Source: Kiritimatiellia bacterium (GTDB lineage: Bacteria > Verrucomicrobiota > Kiritimatiellia > RFP12 > UBA1067). From it: 64,000 nt of DNA. The stretch lies in the NCBI GenBank assembly GCA_050949565.1, contig JBMNFY010000006.1:147941-211940 (forward strand), written 5' to 3'. Both the position numbers and the translations under genes were made by a program. Shown in pieces: positions 11,365 through 22,000 of this stretch; the first letter of the stretch is position 1; each line of letters begins with the position of its first letter. Under the pieces are notes generated by a model. The model saw nothing but the letters and a program-made list of their open reading frames with translations, had not been told where the DNA came from and did not search any database.

Positions 11365-11956
11365 GGCCATTGTGGAAACCGTTTGGGCAAAGAAATCTCA
11401 ACGAAGGGAAGCCACATCGCCATCGGCGCCAAGTCCCTAAAAAACCACAACCACATACCGCATTCTCGTCCTTTCCTCACTCCAGTCGTTATTTCCACAT
11501 ATTGAAAGGTGTGGAAGTAAAAGAATAGCAGTTGACACAGGGGCGAAAACATTAAAAGACCCTTTGTTTACTACTATTTGCCGCACTATCGACTTCCATT
11601 TTCTTTCTGGCTGTTTTTCCACACCTTTCAAGGTGTGGAAGTGAGGTGAGGTGTTTTTGGGGGCTCTTTTTTGACACAGAGACGTAGGGGTTGGTTTTGT
11701 TTTTAATGCTCTAAGACAGCGACCTCACCTGTGACGGCGGTGGCCGGCACTTCTTCTGGGATGCCGAGAACCGCCTCGCCCTCGCCTCCAACGCTACAAC
11801 CGCGCGTACATTGTTCGCCTCACATTGTTCTTGTCCGGGCGTGCGGAATATGGCACTCTTTTCGATATGCTTTTGTTGGGGTACGCTTTTTTGCCGGTGG
11901 CGGCGTTGACCCTCTTAACGGTAACACATCGGTAACAACAGGATGGAGGCGGTAGC

Positions 11957-12649
11957 ATGAAGAGTGGCATGTTTATGGCGGCGTGTGTAGTGGCGTTGTC
12001 GGTTTTTGCAGCTCAGGCGCAGGAGGGTGCGCGCAGCACGTGGGAGACGGCGAGTCCGGAAGAACAGCGGGCGAGTGTGACCCCTCTGATGGTCAGCGTT
12101 TGCTCGCCGTCAGGGGTGGAGGTGCCGTGGTGGCGGCCGGTCTGGGATGTCGAAGGGCTGCGGCTGTGTCTGCCGTATGGGCGCTGCCAGGAGTTCACCG
12201 GACTTGATGTGGGTTTCGTGACGCACGCGGTCAATTCGCATGGCGTGCATGTTGCGGGGCTGAATCTGGTTGACGATGATGTGCGCATGACGCTGTCGGT
12301 GGGCGTGCTGGGGAACGTGGTGGGTGGTTCCTACACGGGCTTCCAGATCGGCGGTCTGGCCAACGTGGTGAACGACGATGTCCATGCCCTGCAGATTGGC
12401 GGTGCCGCGAACGTGGTGGGTGGCGCCTTCAAGGGGTTGCAAGTCGGCTCGGTGAATGTGGCGCCGGTCCAGATGAAGAATTCCTGGCAGATCGGCTTTT
12501 GGAACCATTGCGGCGATATGGAGCATGGCGGACAGATCGGCGTGTTCAACTATGCGCGCGAGGTGAGCAGCGGTCTCCAGATCGGCCTTATCAATATCAT
12601 TAAGCACAATGAGTACCCGTGTGTGCCGATCATGAACTACCACTTCTAA
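11957..12649 (+). CDS. Secreted G-x-Q-x-G repeat surface protein (LA_2272-like)
   Basis: Signal peptide; repeats GFQIGGLAN, ALQIGGAAN, GLQVGSVN, GGQIGVFN, GLQIGLIN; ends PIMNYHF. Confidence 0.8.
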   Translation: MKSGMFMAACVVALSVFAAQAQEGARSTWETASPEEQRASVTPLMVSVCSPSGVEVPWWRPVWDVEGLRLCLPYGRCQEFTGLDVGFVTHAVNSHGVHVAGLNLVDDDVRMTLSVGVLGNVVGGSYTGFQIGGLANVVNDDVHALQIGGAANVVGGAFKGLQVGSVNVAPVQMKNSWQIGFWNHCGDMEHGGQIGVFNYAREVSSGLQIGLINIIKHNEYPCVPIMNYHF

Positions 12650-12686
12650 TGTGGGGCTGACGGCGCACAGACTGGAGGAGGCGCAC

Positions 12687-13286
12687 ATGCATGCATGGTG
12701 GGGCGGGCTTTCCGCGTTGAACCGCGGCTTCTTCTGCGCGGCTGTCTTTTTTGGCGTTCTTTCCGTCTGGCAGTTGCTGGCCACCCTGATGGGGTTGGAC
12801 AGTGACGATGTGATGGACGGCGACGTGACCGTTGATGATGTGGCCGGCGGTGACGCGGCGGAGACGATGGGCGCGTTCAAGTTGCTCAGTATCCGCTCTG
12901 TCATCGCCTTTTTCACGCTCTTTAGCTGGGGTGGCGCGCTGTATCTGGCCGACGGGCGCAGTGTGCGGGCGGCGATCGGACTGGGCGGCCTGTGGGGCGT
13001 CGCCGGCATGGCGGTGGTGGCACTGTTGTTGTATGCGCTGCCGAAACTTGCGCATACCGGCACGCTGGATATTGCGACCGCAGTTGGTACGGTCGGAAGC
13101 GTCTATATCGATATCCCCGAGGGGGGTGAGGGTGAAATCCGCACCGAGGTCGGCGGCGTGATGAGCCACGTCAAGGCACGCGCGTCGGACGGGCAGGCTA
13201 TCAAGGCCGGCACTGCGGTTGTGGTCGAACGGGTGGTGTTCGGAAATCGGGTCGAGGTGCGTGCCGTTGAAGGCGCGCGCGGCTAA
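12687..13286 (+). CDS. NfeD-like (YqiJ/YuaF-type) membrane protein
   Basis: TM helices plus C-terminal OB-fold motif GTVGSVYIDIP..GEGEI..IKAGTAVVV; directly upstream of flotillin; RBS GGAGG. Confidence 0.8.
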   Translation: MHAWWGGLSALNRGFFCAAVFFGVLSVWQLLATLMGLDSDDVMDGDVTVDDVAGGDAAETMGAFKLLSIRSVIAFFTLFSWGGALYLADGRSVRAAIGLGGLWGVAGMAVVALLLYALPKLAHTGTLDIATAVGTVGSVYIDIPEGGEGEIRTEVGGVMSHVKARASDGQAIKAGTAVVVERVVFGNRVEVRAVEGARG

Positions 13287-13306
13287 CCCGGTAAGGGAGG
13301 CGGACA

Positions 13307-14831
13307 ATGATGTCAGGCATGATGTTTAATGCGGTACTGGCGCAGGTTGCGCGTGCGGGAAGCGGGGGGGGAAACTGGTCAGGCCTTGCGCTGACACTGA
13401 TTCTGGTCGTAATTGCGCTGGGGTTGCTGATGGGTTTCGCGCGCCGTTACAAACGCTGCCCTTCCAACAAAATATTGGTGATCTACGGCAAGACCGGTAG
13501 TGGCGTGGCGCGTTGTATCCACGGCGGTGCGGCCTTTGTCTGGCCGCTGATCCAGGCGTATGAGTTTTTGAGCCTCGAGCCGTTTGTCGTGCCGATCGAT
13601 CTGAAGAGCGCCCTCTCATTCGAGAATATCCGCGTAACCGTGCCCACCACCGTGACCGCCGCCATCTCGACCGAGCGCGGCGTCATGGAGAATGCCGCGA
13701 TCCGTCTGCTGGGGCTCAACGACCAGCAGATCCGGGATCAGGCGCAGGACATCATCCTCGGCCAGATGCGTGCCGTGATCGCGACCATGCGGATCGAGGA
13801 GATCAATCAAGACCGACAGGCGTTCCTTTCCAAGGTCAATGAGTCGGTCTCCGGCGAGCTTGAAAAGATCGGCCTGCATCTGGTCAACGTCAACATCCGC
13901 GACATCGAGGATGACTCGGGCTACATCGTCGCGCTCGGCCGTCGCGCGGCAGCCGAGGCGATCAACCAGGCCAACGTCGATGTGGCGGAGCAGGAGAAGA
14001 AGGGGCAGATCGGTGTGGCGACCCGCCAACGCGACCAGCGCGTGGCTGTGGCGGCCGCCAGCGCCGAGGCTGAGATCGGTGAGGCGGAAGCCGACCGCAA
14101 CCGCCGTGCGCGCTGCGGCGCAGTTGAACACCGAGGCGGTCGAGGCGGAGTCTGCCGCCAACGCCCAAAAGGCCGAGTATCTCGCCAACCAGCGCGTGGC
14201 CGAAGAGCAGGCGCGCAACCGCTCGGAGTCTGCGGCGCGCGATGCCGACGGCGCGATTCGCGTGGCGCAGGAAATGGCGCAGAAAAAGGCGGAGGAGGCG
14301 CGCGCCGAGCGTGAGAAGGCGCGCCTTGAAGCTGAGGTGGTGGTGCCAGCCAACGCTGAGCGCGAGCGTGTGCTCATCGCGGCGGACGCCGCGCGCGAGC
14401 AGGCGGTACGGATCGCGCAAGGTGAGGCCGAGGCGACGCTCGCCAAAATGAAGGCCGAGGGGCAGGGTGTGAAGGCGATTCTGGATGGCAAGGCAGCCGG
14501 CTATCAGGCATTGGTCGAGGCGTGCGCCACCGCCCAGCAGGCCGCGTCGCTGCTGCTTATCGAGAAGCTTCAGGAGATTGCCGAGATTCAGGCACAGGCC
14601 ATTCAGGACCTGCCGATCGAGAAGGTGGTGGTGTGGGACGGAGGCAGCGAGCAGGGCGGGCTGGCCGGTCTGGGGCGGCGCTTGATGGGCACGTTGCCGC
14701 CGATGCACGAGTTGGCGCGTCAGATCGGCCTCGAATTGCCCGACTATCTCGGCAAGACAGCGGGGTGCTCATCGACGTCGGCACCGGATGCGCAGGCAGC
14801 GAAAACGCCCTCCGAGTCCGATGTCGGCTGA
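13307..14831 (+). pseudogene. Flotillin/SPFH-domain protein with a frameshift near 14110
   Basis: SPFH N-half (RYKRCPSNKILVIYGKTG..HGGAAFVWPLIQ) is in one frame. The EA-rich coiled coil and IEKVVVWDGG..LPPMHEL C-half is in the +1 frame. The switch falls in a GCGCGC tract and may be an assembly error. Confidence 0.8.
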
Positions 14832-14853
14832 CAGGACCGTGAGGTAAGCCGCC

Positions 14854-15888
14854 ATGGAGCAACTCTGCGAGGCTGACAAGATTTCGTATCTGGCGAATGT
14901 CTTCGCCATCTGTGGTGCCGACGGATGTGTTTCGCCGCGGGAGGTCGCTGTCATTAAAGATGTTGCCAGCCGTCTGAATGTTTCGCAGAAGGAGATCACG
15001 GCGGCTCGCAATCTGGTGGCCAGCGGGCACTATGAGCTGGCATTGCTTTCTGACTTCCGGGTGCGCCGTGACAATATCGAAGACATGGTTATGGTGGCGC
15101 TGGCCGACGGTAATTTGCAGCCCCAAGCGGCCGCTCCGATCGAGAAATTCGCCAAGACGTTGCGCTTCGCCCAGGCCGATATGGACATGATCGCGCGTCG
15201 CGCGCAATCCCGGCTGAACCTTCTCTTCAAAACCGCGCGTGCTGCCGACAGGGCAACGCCGGTATCGCCGTCGCCTGTTGCCAATGTTGCGTCTGCGCCG
15301 CCGCCGATGCCGCAGGCGGCGACTTCCGCCGAACCTGCCGAGGTGCCTGTGGTGGCGGAAACACCTCCCGCCGCAAGACCCGCGCCGTCACCGCCCGTTG
15401 CGTTGCCTGCGGCGGTGAGCGCCTGCCTGCGGTGCCGGGATGCGGCGCAGGATCGGGCGGCGTACTGTTACGGGGAGGGCGAGACGCTGAATGTCTGGGG
15501 GTGCCGTCTGTTGTGTCAGCCGTGGTGTGCCGGTGCGCCTTGGCTGAAAGCCGGAACCTTCCGTCCCACCGGTTGTTTTGTGTTTGATCGCGAAGCGATC
15601 CGCGCGTTACTGGCTCAGGCCGCTGTGGCGGCCGTACGCTGTCCGCACTTTGATCCGGGCGCAGTGGAGCGGGCGCTTGCCGCGTTGCCGTCGCAAGCGT
15701 GGCCGGGCAGGCGCTGGACGCTCAGTTTGGCCAAGGTGGGGGAGCCGGGCCTGCCGCTGACGGTGCGGCATTACCGTCACGGCTGTCTGCTGCGTACGCG
15801 GCAGAGGGTGTCCGGCGTGGCGCCGGTCGGTGAACAGCTGGCGCGGCGAATCATCCGCGACGCCCACCGGAAACGGCACTTAACCTAG
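14854..15888 (+). CDS. TerB-like domain protein with Pro-rich linker and Cys-rich C-terminal domain
   Basis: ICGADGCVSPREVAVI and VALADGNLQPQAAAPIEKFAKTL are TerB-like repeats. Confidence 0.65.
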   Translation: MEQLCEADKISYLANVFAICGADGCVSPREVAVIKDVASRLNVSQKEITAARNLVASGHYELALLSDFRVRRDNIEDMVMVALADGNLQPQAAAPIEKFAKTLRFAQADMDMIARRAQSRLNLLFKTARAADRATPVSPSPVANVASAPPPMPQAATSAEPAEVPVVAETPPAARPAPSPPVALPAAVSACLRCRDAAQDRAAYCYGEGETLNVWGCRLLCQPWCAGAPWLKAGTFRPTGCFVFDREAIRALLAQAAVAAVRCPHFDPGAVERALAALPSQAWPGRRWTLSLAKVGEPGLPLTVRHYRHGCLLRTRQRVSGVAPVGEQLARRIIRDAHRKRHLT

Positions 15889-15976
15889 CGCTCATGCTTT
15901 GCGGCGATTCAGATTGAACAAAATCCGTAAAAGTGCCATGATAGACGCTACTCTTTTCGACTGGGAAGGATTTTGA

Positions 15977-17026
15977 ATGTTTGTCCAGATTACCGGGACC
16001 GGTTCCTATCTGCCGGAGCGCGTGGTGACCAACGATGAGTTGGCTGCCACGCTCGACACCTCCGACGAATGGATCTACTCACATACTGGCATCCGCAGCC
16101 GTCATATCGGTGCGGATGACGAAAGCACCTCTTCGATGGCAGTCAAGGCGGCGCGCGCCGCCTTGGCCTCGGCTGGTGTGGCACCGGAGGATCTGGGGTT
16201 GATCATCGTGGCCACATCGACCCCTGACTACCAACTGTTCCCGTCTACCGCCTGTCTGGTGCAGCATGCGCTGGGGGCGGTCAACGCGGCCTGTTTCGAC
16301 ATGCAGGCGGCCTGCACCGGTTTCATCTACGCGCTTGAAACGGCGCGTGGTTTTTTACACCACACGCCGCGGCCGGCTCTGGTCGTCGGAGCGGAAATGA
16401 TGTCGCGCATCGTGGATTGGAGCGACCGCAACACCTGTATCCTTTTCGGCGACGCAGCGGGGGCGGCGGTTCTTGAGGTCAGTCAGGACGAGACGGGCGG
16501 TATCTGGCACTCGATCCTCAAGGCCGATGGCGCAGGCTCGCAACTGATCTTTCGTGAAGGCGGCGCACGCGGGTTGCCCGGGGGCATGCCCTTGATTCAG
16601 CACACGTTGCAGATGAAGGGGCGCGCGGTCTTCAATTTTGCGGTGAAGGTGTTTGATGACGTGCTGTGCAGGCTGCTGGAACGTTCCGGCTATACTTTCG
16701 ACGACCTTGCCTGTGTCGTTCCCCATCAGGCTAACGCCCGCATTGTCGAAGCGGTGGCGCGCCGTATGGGGGTGCCGCTGGAAAAGTTTTACTTGAACAT
16801 GGAGACGACTGGCAACAGTTCCGCCGCCTCAATTCCGGTGGCGCTGGACGCGGCGGTCGCCGCCAAGAAAATCAAAGAGGGCGACCTCATCGCCATGGTC
16901 GGGTTCGGCGCGGGACTGACCTACGGCGGCATCTTGATGAACTGGCATGGCCGAACGGAGAAATCGGCACCTGCAGTCCATCCATCCCGTGATCTTTCGG
17001 CGGAAACGAACGCGAACACTGAATAA
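15977..17026 (+). CDS. fabH: 3-oxoacyl-ACP synthase III
   Basis: ITGTGSYLPERVVTNDEL, AACTGFIYAL (Cys), PHQANARI (His), GNSSAASIP (Asn), GFGAGLTYG. Confidence 0.96.
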   Translation: MFVQITGTGSYLPERVVTNDELAATLDTSDEWIYSHTGIRSRHIGADDESTSSMAVKAARAALASAGVAPEDLGLIIVATSTPDYQLFPSTACLVQHALGAVNAACFDMQAACTGFIYALETARGFLHHTPRPALVVGAEMMSRIVDWSDRNTCILFGDAAGAAVLEVSQDETGGIWHSILKADGAGSQLIFREGGARGLPGGMPLIQHTLQMKGRAVFNFAVKVFDDVLCRLLERSGYTFDDLACVVPHQANARIVEAVARRMGVPLEKFYLNMETTGNSSAASIPVALDAAVAAKKIKEGDLIAMVGFGAGLTYGGILMNWHGRTEKSAPAVHPSRDLSAETNANTE

Positions 17027-17044
17027 GGAGTAACCAAAGAGCGT

Positions 17045-18292
17045 ATGAGTGGCAACACCAAGGTTTTGATCACCGGACTGGGCGTCATCTCGCCCGTCGG
17101 CAATACCGTTGACGAGATGTGGAGCAACATCCGTAACGGCGTCAGCGGCCTGTGCCGCACCACCAAGTTTGATCCCTCACGCGTCGACTCGAAAGTTTCC
17201 GGCGAGGTGAAGGATTTCGATGTGTCCCAGTATGTCGACCAGAAAGAGGCGCGCCGCATGGGGCTCTTCACCCAGTATGCCGTGGCTGCCGCCAAGCAGG
17301 CATGGCAGGATTCCGGCCTCGCCGACGGCGGCGCCGATCCCGAGCGCGTTGCGGTGATGGTCGGCAACGGCATCGGCGGCAAAGAGGTTGATGAGGAGGC
17401 CTACCGTATACTCTTCGACCGCGGTCCGGGGCGCCTCTCGCCCATGCTGATTCCTAAGCTGATCGCCAACGAGGCCGCCGGCAACATCTCGATCGCGCTC
17501 AAGGCCCAAGGCGCCGCGCACACCATCGTCACGGCGTGCGCTTCGAGTACCGACGCGCTGGGCGTGGCGCTGGACATGATTCGTGCGGGTCGCGCCGACG
17601 TGGTCATCACGGGCGGCACCGAAGCCACCATCACCGAGTACTGCGTGGGCGGCTTCTGCTCCATGAAAGCGCTAAGCACCAAGTACAACGACACGCCCGA
17701 AAAGGCTTGCCGTCCGTTTGACGCCGGCCGTGACGGCTTTGTCATGGGCGAAGGCGCGGCGATGTTGATTCTCGAATCGGAGGCGCACGCCAAAGCGCGC
17801 AATGCCCGCGTCTATGCCGAACTCGCCGGTTACGGTGCATCTGGGGATGCCTATCATCTGACCGCGCCTGACCCCGAAGCCGCCGGTGCCATCCGCGCCA
17901 TCAAGATTGCGCTCAAGGACGCGGGCCTAGGCATTGAGGATGTCGATTATGTCAACGCCCACGGCACCTCCACGCCGCTCAACGATCCGATGGAGACCAA
18001 AGCGATCAAGGCGGTCTTCGGCGAGCAGGCGTACCGCCTCAAGGTCTCGTCCACCAAGAGCATGACCGGTCACCTGCTGGGCGCCGCAGGCGCGCTTGAG
18101 GCGGTGATCTGCACGCTCGCGATCCGTGACAGTTTTTATCCGCCGACAATCAACAACGAAAACCCCGATCCCGAGTGCGATTTGGATGTCGTGCCCAACA
18201 AGGGGGTGCAGGGGCCGATCCGCGCGGCGATTTCAACATCGCTCGGATTCGGCGGCCATAACGGCGTGATTGCCATCAAGGCGTACAACTGA
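17045..18292 (+). CDS. fabF: 3-oxoacyl-ACP synthase II
   Basis: ITGLGVISPVGN, TACASS, RPFDAGRDGFVMGEG, NAHGTST, KSMTGHLLGAAG, SLGFGGHN. Confidence 0.96.
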   Translation: MSGNTKVLITGLGVISPVGNTVDEMWSNIRNGVSGLCRTTKFDPSRVDSKVSGEVKDFDVSQYVDQKEARRMGLFTQYAVAAAKQAWQDSGLADGGADPERVAVMVGNGIGGKEVDEEAYRILFDRGPGRLSPMLIPKLIANEAAGNISIALKAQGAAHTIVTACASSTDALGVALDMIRAGRADVVITGGTEATITEYCVGGFCSMKALSTKYNDTPEKACRPFDAGRDGFVMGEGAAMLILESEAHAKARNARVYAELAGYGASGDAYHLTAPDPEAAGAIRAIKIALKDAGLGIEDVDYVNAHGTSTPLNDPMETKAIKAVFGEQAYRLKVSSTKSMTGHLLGAAGALEAVICTLAIRDSFYPPTINNENPDPECDLDVVPNKGVQGPIRAAISTSLGFGGHNGVIAIKAYN

Positions 18293-18328
18293 CGATAGGT
18301 GCGGACCCAGTAGGAGAGTGAACAAAAG

Positions 18329-18805
18329 ATGAGCCTAGAGAACGAAAAAACCAAGCCCGACGTTGCCGATTATCAGGCCTATGAAGGATCGGTGGAAGAA
18401 CTGCTTCCGCACCGCGACCCCTTCCTGTTTGTCGATCGCGTGCTACATGTGGACAAGACCTTCACCATCGGCGAAAAGACCTTCGGCGAGGACATGTGGT
18501 TCTTCGAGGGGCACTTCCCTAACTATCCGGTCGTGCCCGGCGTGATCCTCACGGAAACCATGGCGCAGTGCGGTGGTGCTGGACTGGTGGCCTCTGGGCA
18601 GATTCCTAAAGGTGTGGTTTTTCTGCTCGTTGGCGTGAACAACGCCAAGTTCCGCAGGCAGGTTCGCCCGAACGACACCGTGCGTCTGGAGATCGAGAAC
18701 ATTCGCGTCAGCTCGCGCATGGCGATCCAACGCGGCATGGCCTTTGTCGGTGACGAGCTGGCAGCCGAAGCGGAGTTCCGCTGCGTCCTCGGCCCGTCGG
18801 CGTGA
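18329..18805 (+). CDS. fabZ: 3-hydroxyacyl-ACP dehydratase
   Basis: LLPHRDPFLFVDRV, FFEGHFPNYPVVPGVILTETMAQ, AKFRRQVRP. Confidence 0.95.
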   Translation: MSLENEKTKPDVADYQAYEGSVEELLPHRDPFLFVDRVLHVDKTFTIGEKTFGEDMWFFEGHFPNYPVVPGVILTETMAQCGGAGLVASGQIPKGVVFLLVGVNNAKFRRQVRPNDTVRLEIENIRVSSRMAIQRGMAFVGDELAAEAEFRCVLGPSA

Positions 18806-18806
18806 T

Positions 18807-18831
18807 AAGCTCCGCGCTGTGCGCGGAGCTT
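18807..18831. terminator. Hairpin after fabZ, probable terminator
   Basis: AAGCTCCGCGC-TGT-GCGCGGAGCTT forms a perfect 11-bp stem between convergent genes. Confidence 0.55.
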
Positions 18832-18957
18832 GGTTTCAGGTTTGAGGGGTTTCAGGTTTTGTTGCGTGCGGAGCGCCGGGCGGGGCGAGCGTCGCTCGTC
18901 CGGGCGGCGTAAACGCCGCCATGTTGTGAACGTGTCCGATCCCGATCCCGATTTGGA

Positions 18958-19051
18958 TGAAACCCTGAATCCCTGAAACCTTGAAACCCTGAAACCTTGA
19001 AACCCTGAAACCTTGAAACCCTGAAACCTTGAAACCCTGAAACCCGAAACC
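18958..19051. repeat. Octamer tandem repeat (TGAAACCY) x11 plus partial
   Basis: Counted directly. Inverted copies (GGTTTCAGG) lie at ~18832-18856, with a REP-like hairpin pair between the two arms. Confidence 0.9.
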
Positions 19052-19067
19052 GGCGAACACTCAACGC

Positions 19068-22000
19068 TTAACGTTCAATTTGTGTCAGCTCCATTTCCGC
19101 CCAGGCGCCCCAGTCGCCGCTGCTGTTGTTCTTGTCGCCGACGTCCGTGATCAGTAGCAGGCTCACCGTCTGACCGGCCCACGGAGCGAGGCTGCCTTCC
19201 AGCGTGTGCCAAGCATGGGTGGCGACGTGGCATTGTGCGATTTCGTGGCGGCGTCCTTCGGTATCTTCCACCGCGATCTTGAACAGCAGGCCGTCGCCGA
19301 GGTCGCTGCCGTCTTGCTTGCCGACTGCGCACCGGATCTGCATCGGTGCGGTCGGTAGCGTCAGGGTGTAGCGCGCGAATGCGTAGCCGGTGCCGCCTTT
19401 GTAGGGCGGGTGCATGAAGAGCCCGCGCGGCTTGGTCACGCCGCCGCAGGTCGATGACGTTGCATAAATCTCCGCCCCAGTTGTCGAGTCCAGCTCACGT
19501 TCGGCCTGGCCGCGCAGCGCCATGCCGCGCGCGTATAGCGACGGCAGGGGACGTCCTTTTTTCACTGCCGGGGCAGGGGGCGGCGGCGGATTTTCGACCG
19601 TGAAGTCGATCCACGCGCCTTCGCGTTCGAACCAGAGCCGCGCTCCGGGACGTGCGTCAGCCGGGATCGTCACCGCATGTTCTGCGGTGCCTTTGATCAC
19701 CACGCGTTCACCCGGCTTGACGCATGCGCGTGCGCAGGTCAGCGCGGCTGTCGGCGCGGACGCACCGCGCCGCGCGCGGTAACTGAACGCGCCCTTGACC
19801 GGCTGCACAAAGCTGAGGCCGCGCGCTGTGCGTACGTCTGCGGTGCCGAGCACGCCGTTGGTGGCATCCAGAGCGACCACGTCGCTGAATGCGTAGGGGA
19901 ATCCAGCTTCCGTGCATTTGTGCATGAGGATTTCCGCCATGCCGTTGGTCAGCGCGCGGCAGATCGCGACGCCTGCGGCCGCGCCTTCGTCAAACCGCGT
20001 GAAGTGACCGCGCCCGTCGATGTAGGTGTAGGCCGGTGCAACGGCGAGGTCGGCGCGGCGGCCGTTGACTTCGCCGCTGAAAACGCGCACGGTGCCGTCG
20101 CCGCTGCGTCCCCAGTAGCCGTTGGGCGGCAGATCCAGCGACTGGTCGGCCACGGTCACCTTCATGCGTGCTTCCGGATGGCCGTTGGCCACCGTGACTG
20201 TGCCGTCGGCATAGCGCGTCGTCACCTGCGAACGCATATAGGCGCCGTTGGCCAGCGCGGCTGTGGTTTCGTGCAGCGCGCCGTCCGCGTCGGCGTAGCG
20301 GATCGTATCGGCGGCGACCTGCGTGTAGCGGCTGGCCAACGCCTGCACCATGTAGTAACTGCGCAGTTCGCCCTCGCGTCCGTGCAGCAGGAAACCGGGA
20401 TGGCCGAAGGCCACCGTGGCGGCCAGGAAGCGGTCTCTTGCGACCTCGGGATCGGATGGTGCGCTCTTTCTGGGGTAGAACATGTCGAGATTGCCCATGC
20501 CGAAGTTGCAGCAGAGCGGATGCAGGCAGCGCAGGTCAAAATCAACTAGCCAAGGGTTTTCGTGAATGTTGTATCTCTGGTCCTGCGCATAGTTGCCGTC
20601 GGTCAGGCCGCAGTAAAGGAAGTGGTTGTCGCCCTCCGAGTAGACCGGCCCCTTCCATGCGGCTTTCTGCAACAGCATGATCTCGCCGTACGCGTAGAAG
20701 ACGGCGGCAAAGGTGCCGGCACCGGGAACACGCGGGTCGTAGTCCACGCGGCTCCAAGGGGTGACTGCGGTGTGGACGTCGCAGTATGCGGTGCTGAAGC
20801 CGAATTTTTTCTGAATGATCGGCGCGAGGCGCTCGCAGAACTCGACCGCGCGCGCGGGTTTGGGCGCGTAGCAACGTTCCCACGCATGCTGCAACTGGTT
20901 GTCGGGCGTGCGCGAGATCAGATCAATGTGCCAGAATCCGTTGACCGGCGCAAAGTCGGTGAAGTTGTTGTAGGGACCGTAAACAAAGCCCAGCTCGTCC
21001 TGCATGATACGGGCATAGTCATATTGTCCTTTGTCGCCGCCCTTTTTGGGTGCGGGATCGGTGCGGAAGGTGAAGCTCTCGTTGCCATCGCGCCAGCCGG
21101 TCTCGTGGTCGGTGACGACGATTTCCGTCATGCCCCAGCGATGCACGTTCCGCCAATAGGTCGCGTCGTTTGCCCGGTTGCCTGCGCCGTGCGCGCGCCA
21201 GACGCGCGTGCCGGTGACAGACTTCCAGGGGGAGGGTGGATTCGGGATGTTGGGCAGTACATCTTCAAAACGCGGAGAGAGTGTCATCACAAAACGCTCG
21301 AAACAAGGGTTGCGCTGACCGTCGGTCTTCGGCGTATAGCGCGTGCCACCGTTGCTGGATAACGCACCGTCGAAGCGCATGTTTTTCGCGAACGGAAAGG
21401 AGGCGTTGGATTGTGTCCAGTCGATATGCGCCATAAAAAAGAGCGGTGCGTCGAGTTCACCCGAGATAACCACAGCCGGCCGCACCATGCCACCATCCGT
21501 AAAGCCGTACGTGTAATAGGGCAGCGTGGCCAGACGCGGATTAACAAAGCCGCGTGTGGCACCGAAACGCACCTCGCCGATCTCGCCTTGGCCGGCTTGG
21601 ATATCCATGACCAGCGACTTGCCGAAGAGTTGGAAGCGGACTTCCGCTTCAATACTGCGTCCGCCCTGTGTCAAACGTCCCGCGTAGGTGACACTCTTGC
21701 CGTCGGTTGTGACCGTCATGGTCTCGCTTTCGGCGCGCGCCAGCGTTCCGGTCGGCACGGTTGGCGCAAAGTACAAGCCGCCTTCCAATCCAATGTTGGC
21801 CCACGCCCCATCTCCCCAGCGCACGGCCATATCGTCCCACGCGCCGAGTTGTGCGGGCAAACGAAATTCGAGGCGTCCGTCCTTGCCCTCGCGCACCAGA
21901 TGATAACGGCCCGACTCGTTGCGGCCTACGCGTGCGACGGACGGCACGGGGTCGCGCGGCACGACGGTCAGCGGCGTGTTGGGAAAGGGGAGGGTCGTGG

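Noticed and set aside
15977-18805. Secondary-metabolite (PKS-like) cluster
   Set aside because: The proteins look like ordinary FabH, FabF and FabZ, with no ACP, chain-length factor or tailoring genes alongside.
18836-19064. Small ORFs with FQGFKVS repeats
   Set aside because: Translations of the octamer tandem repeat.
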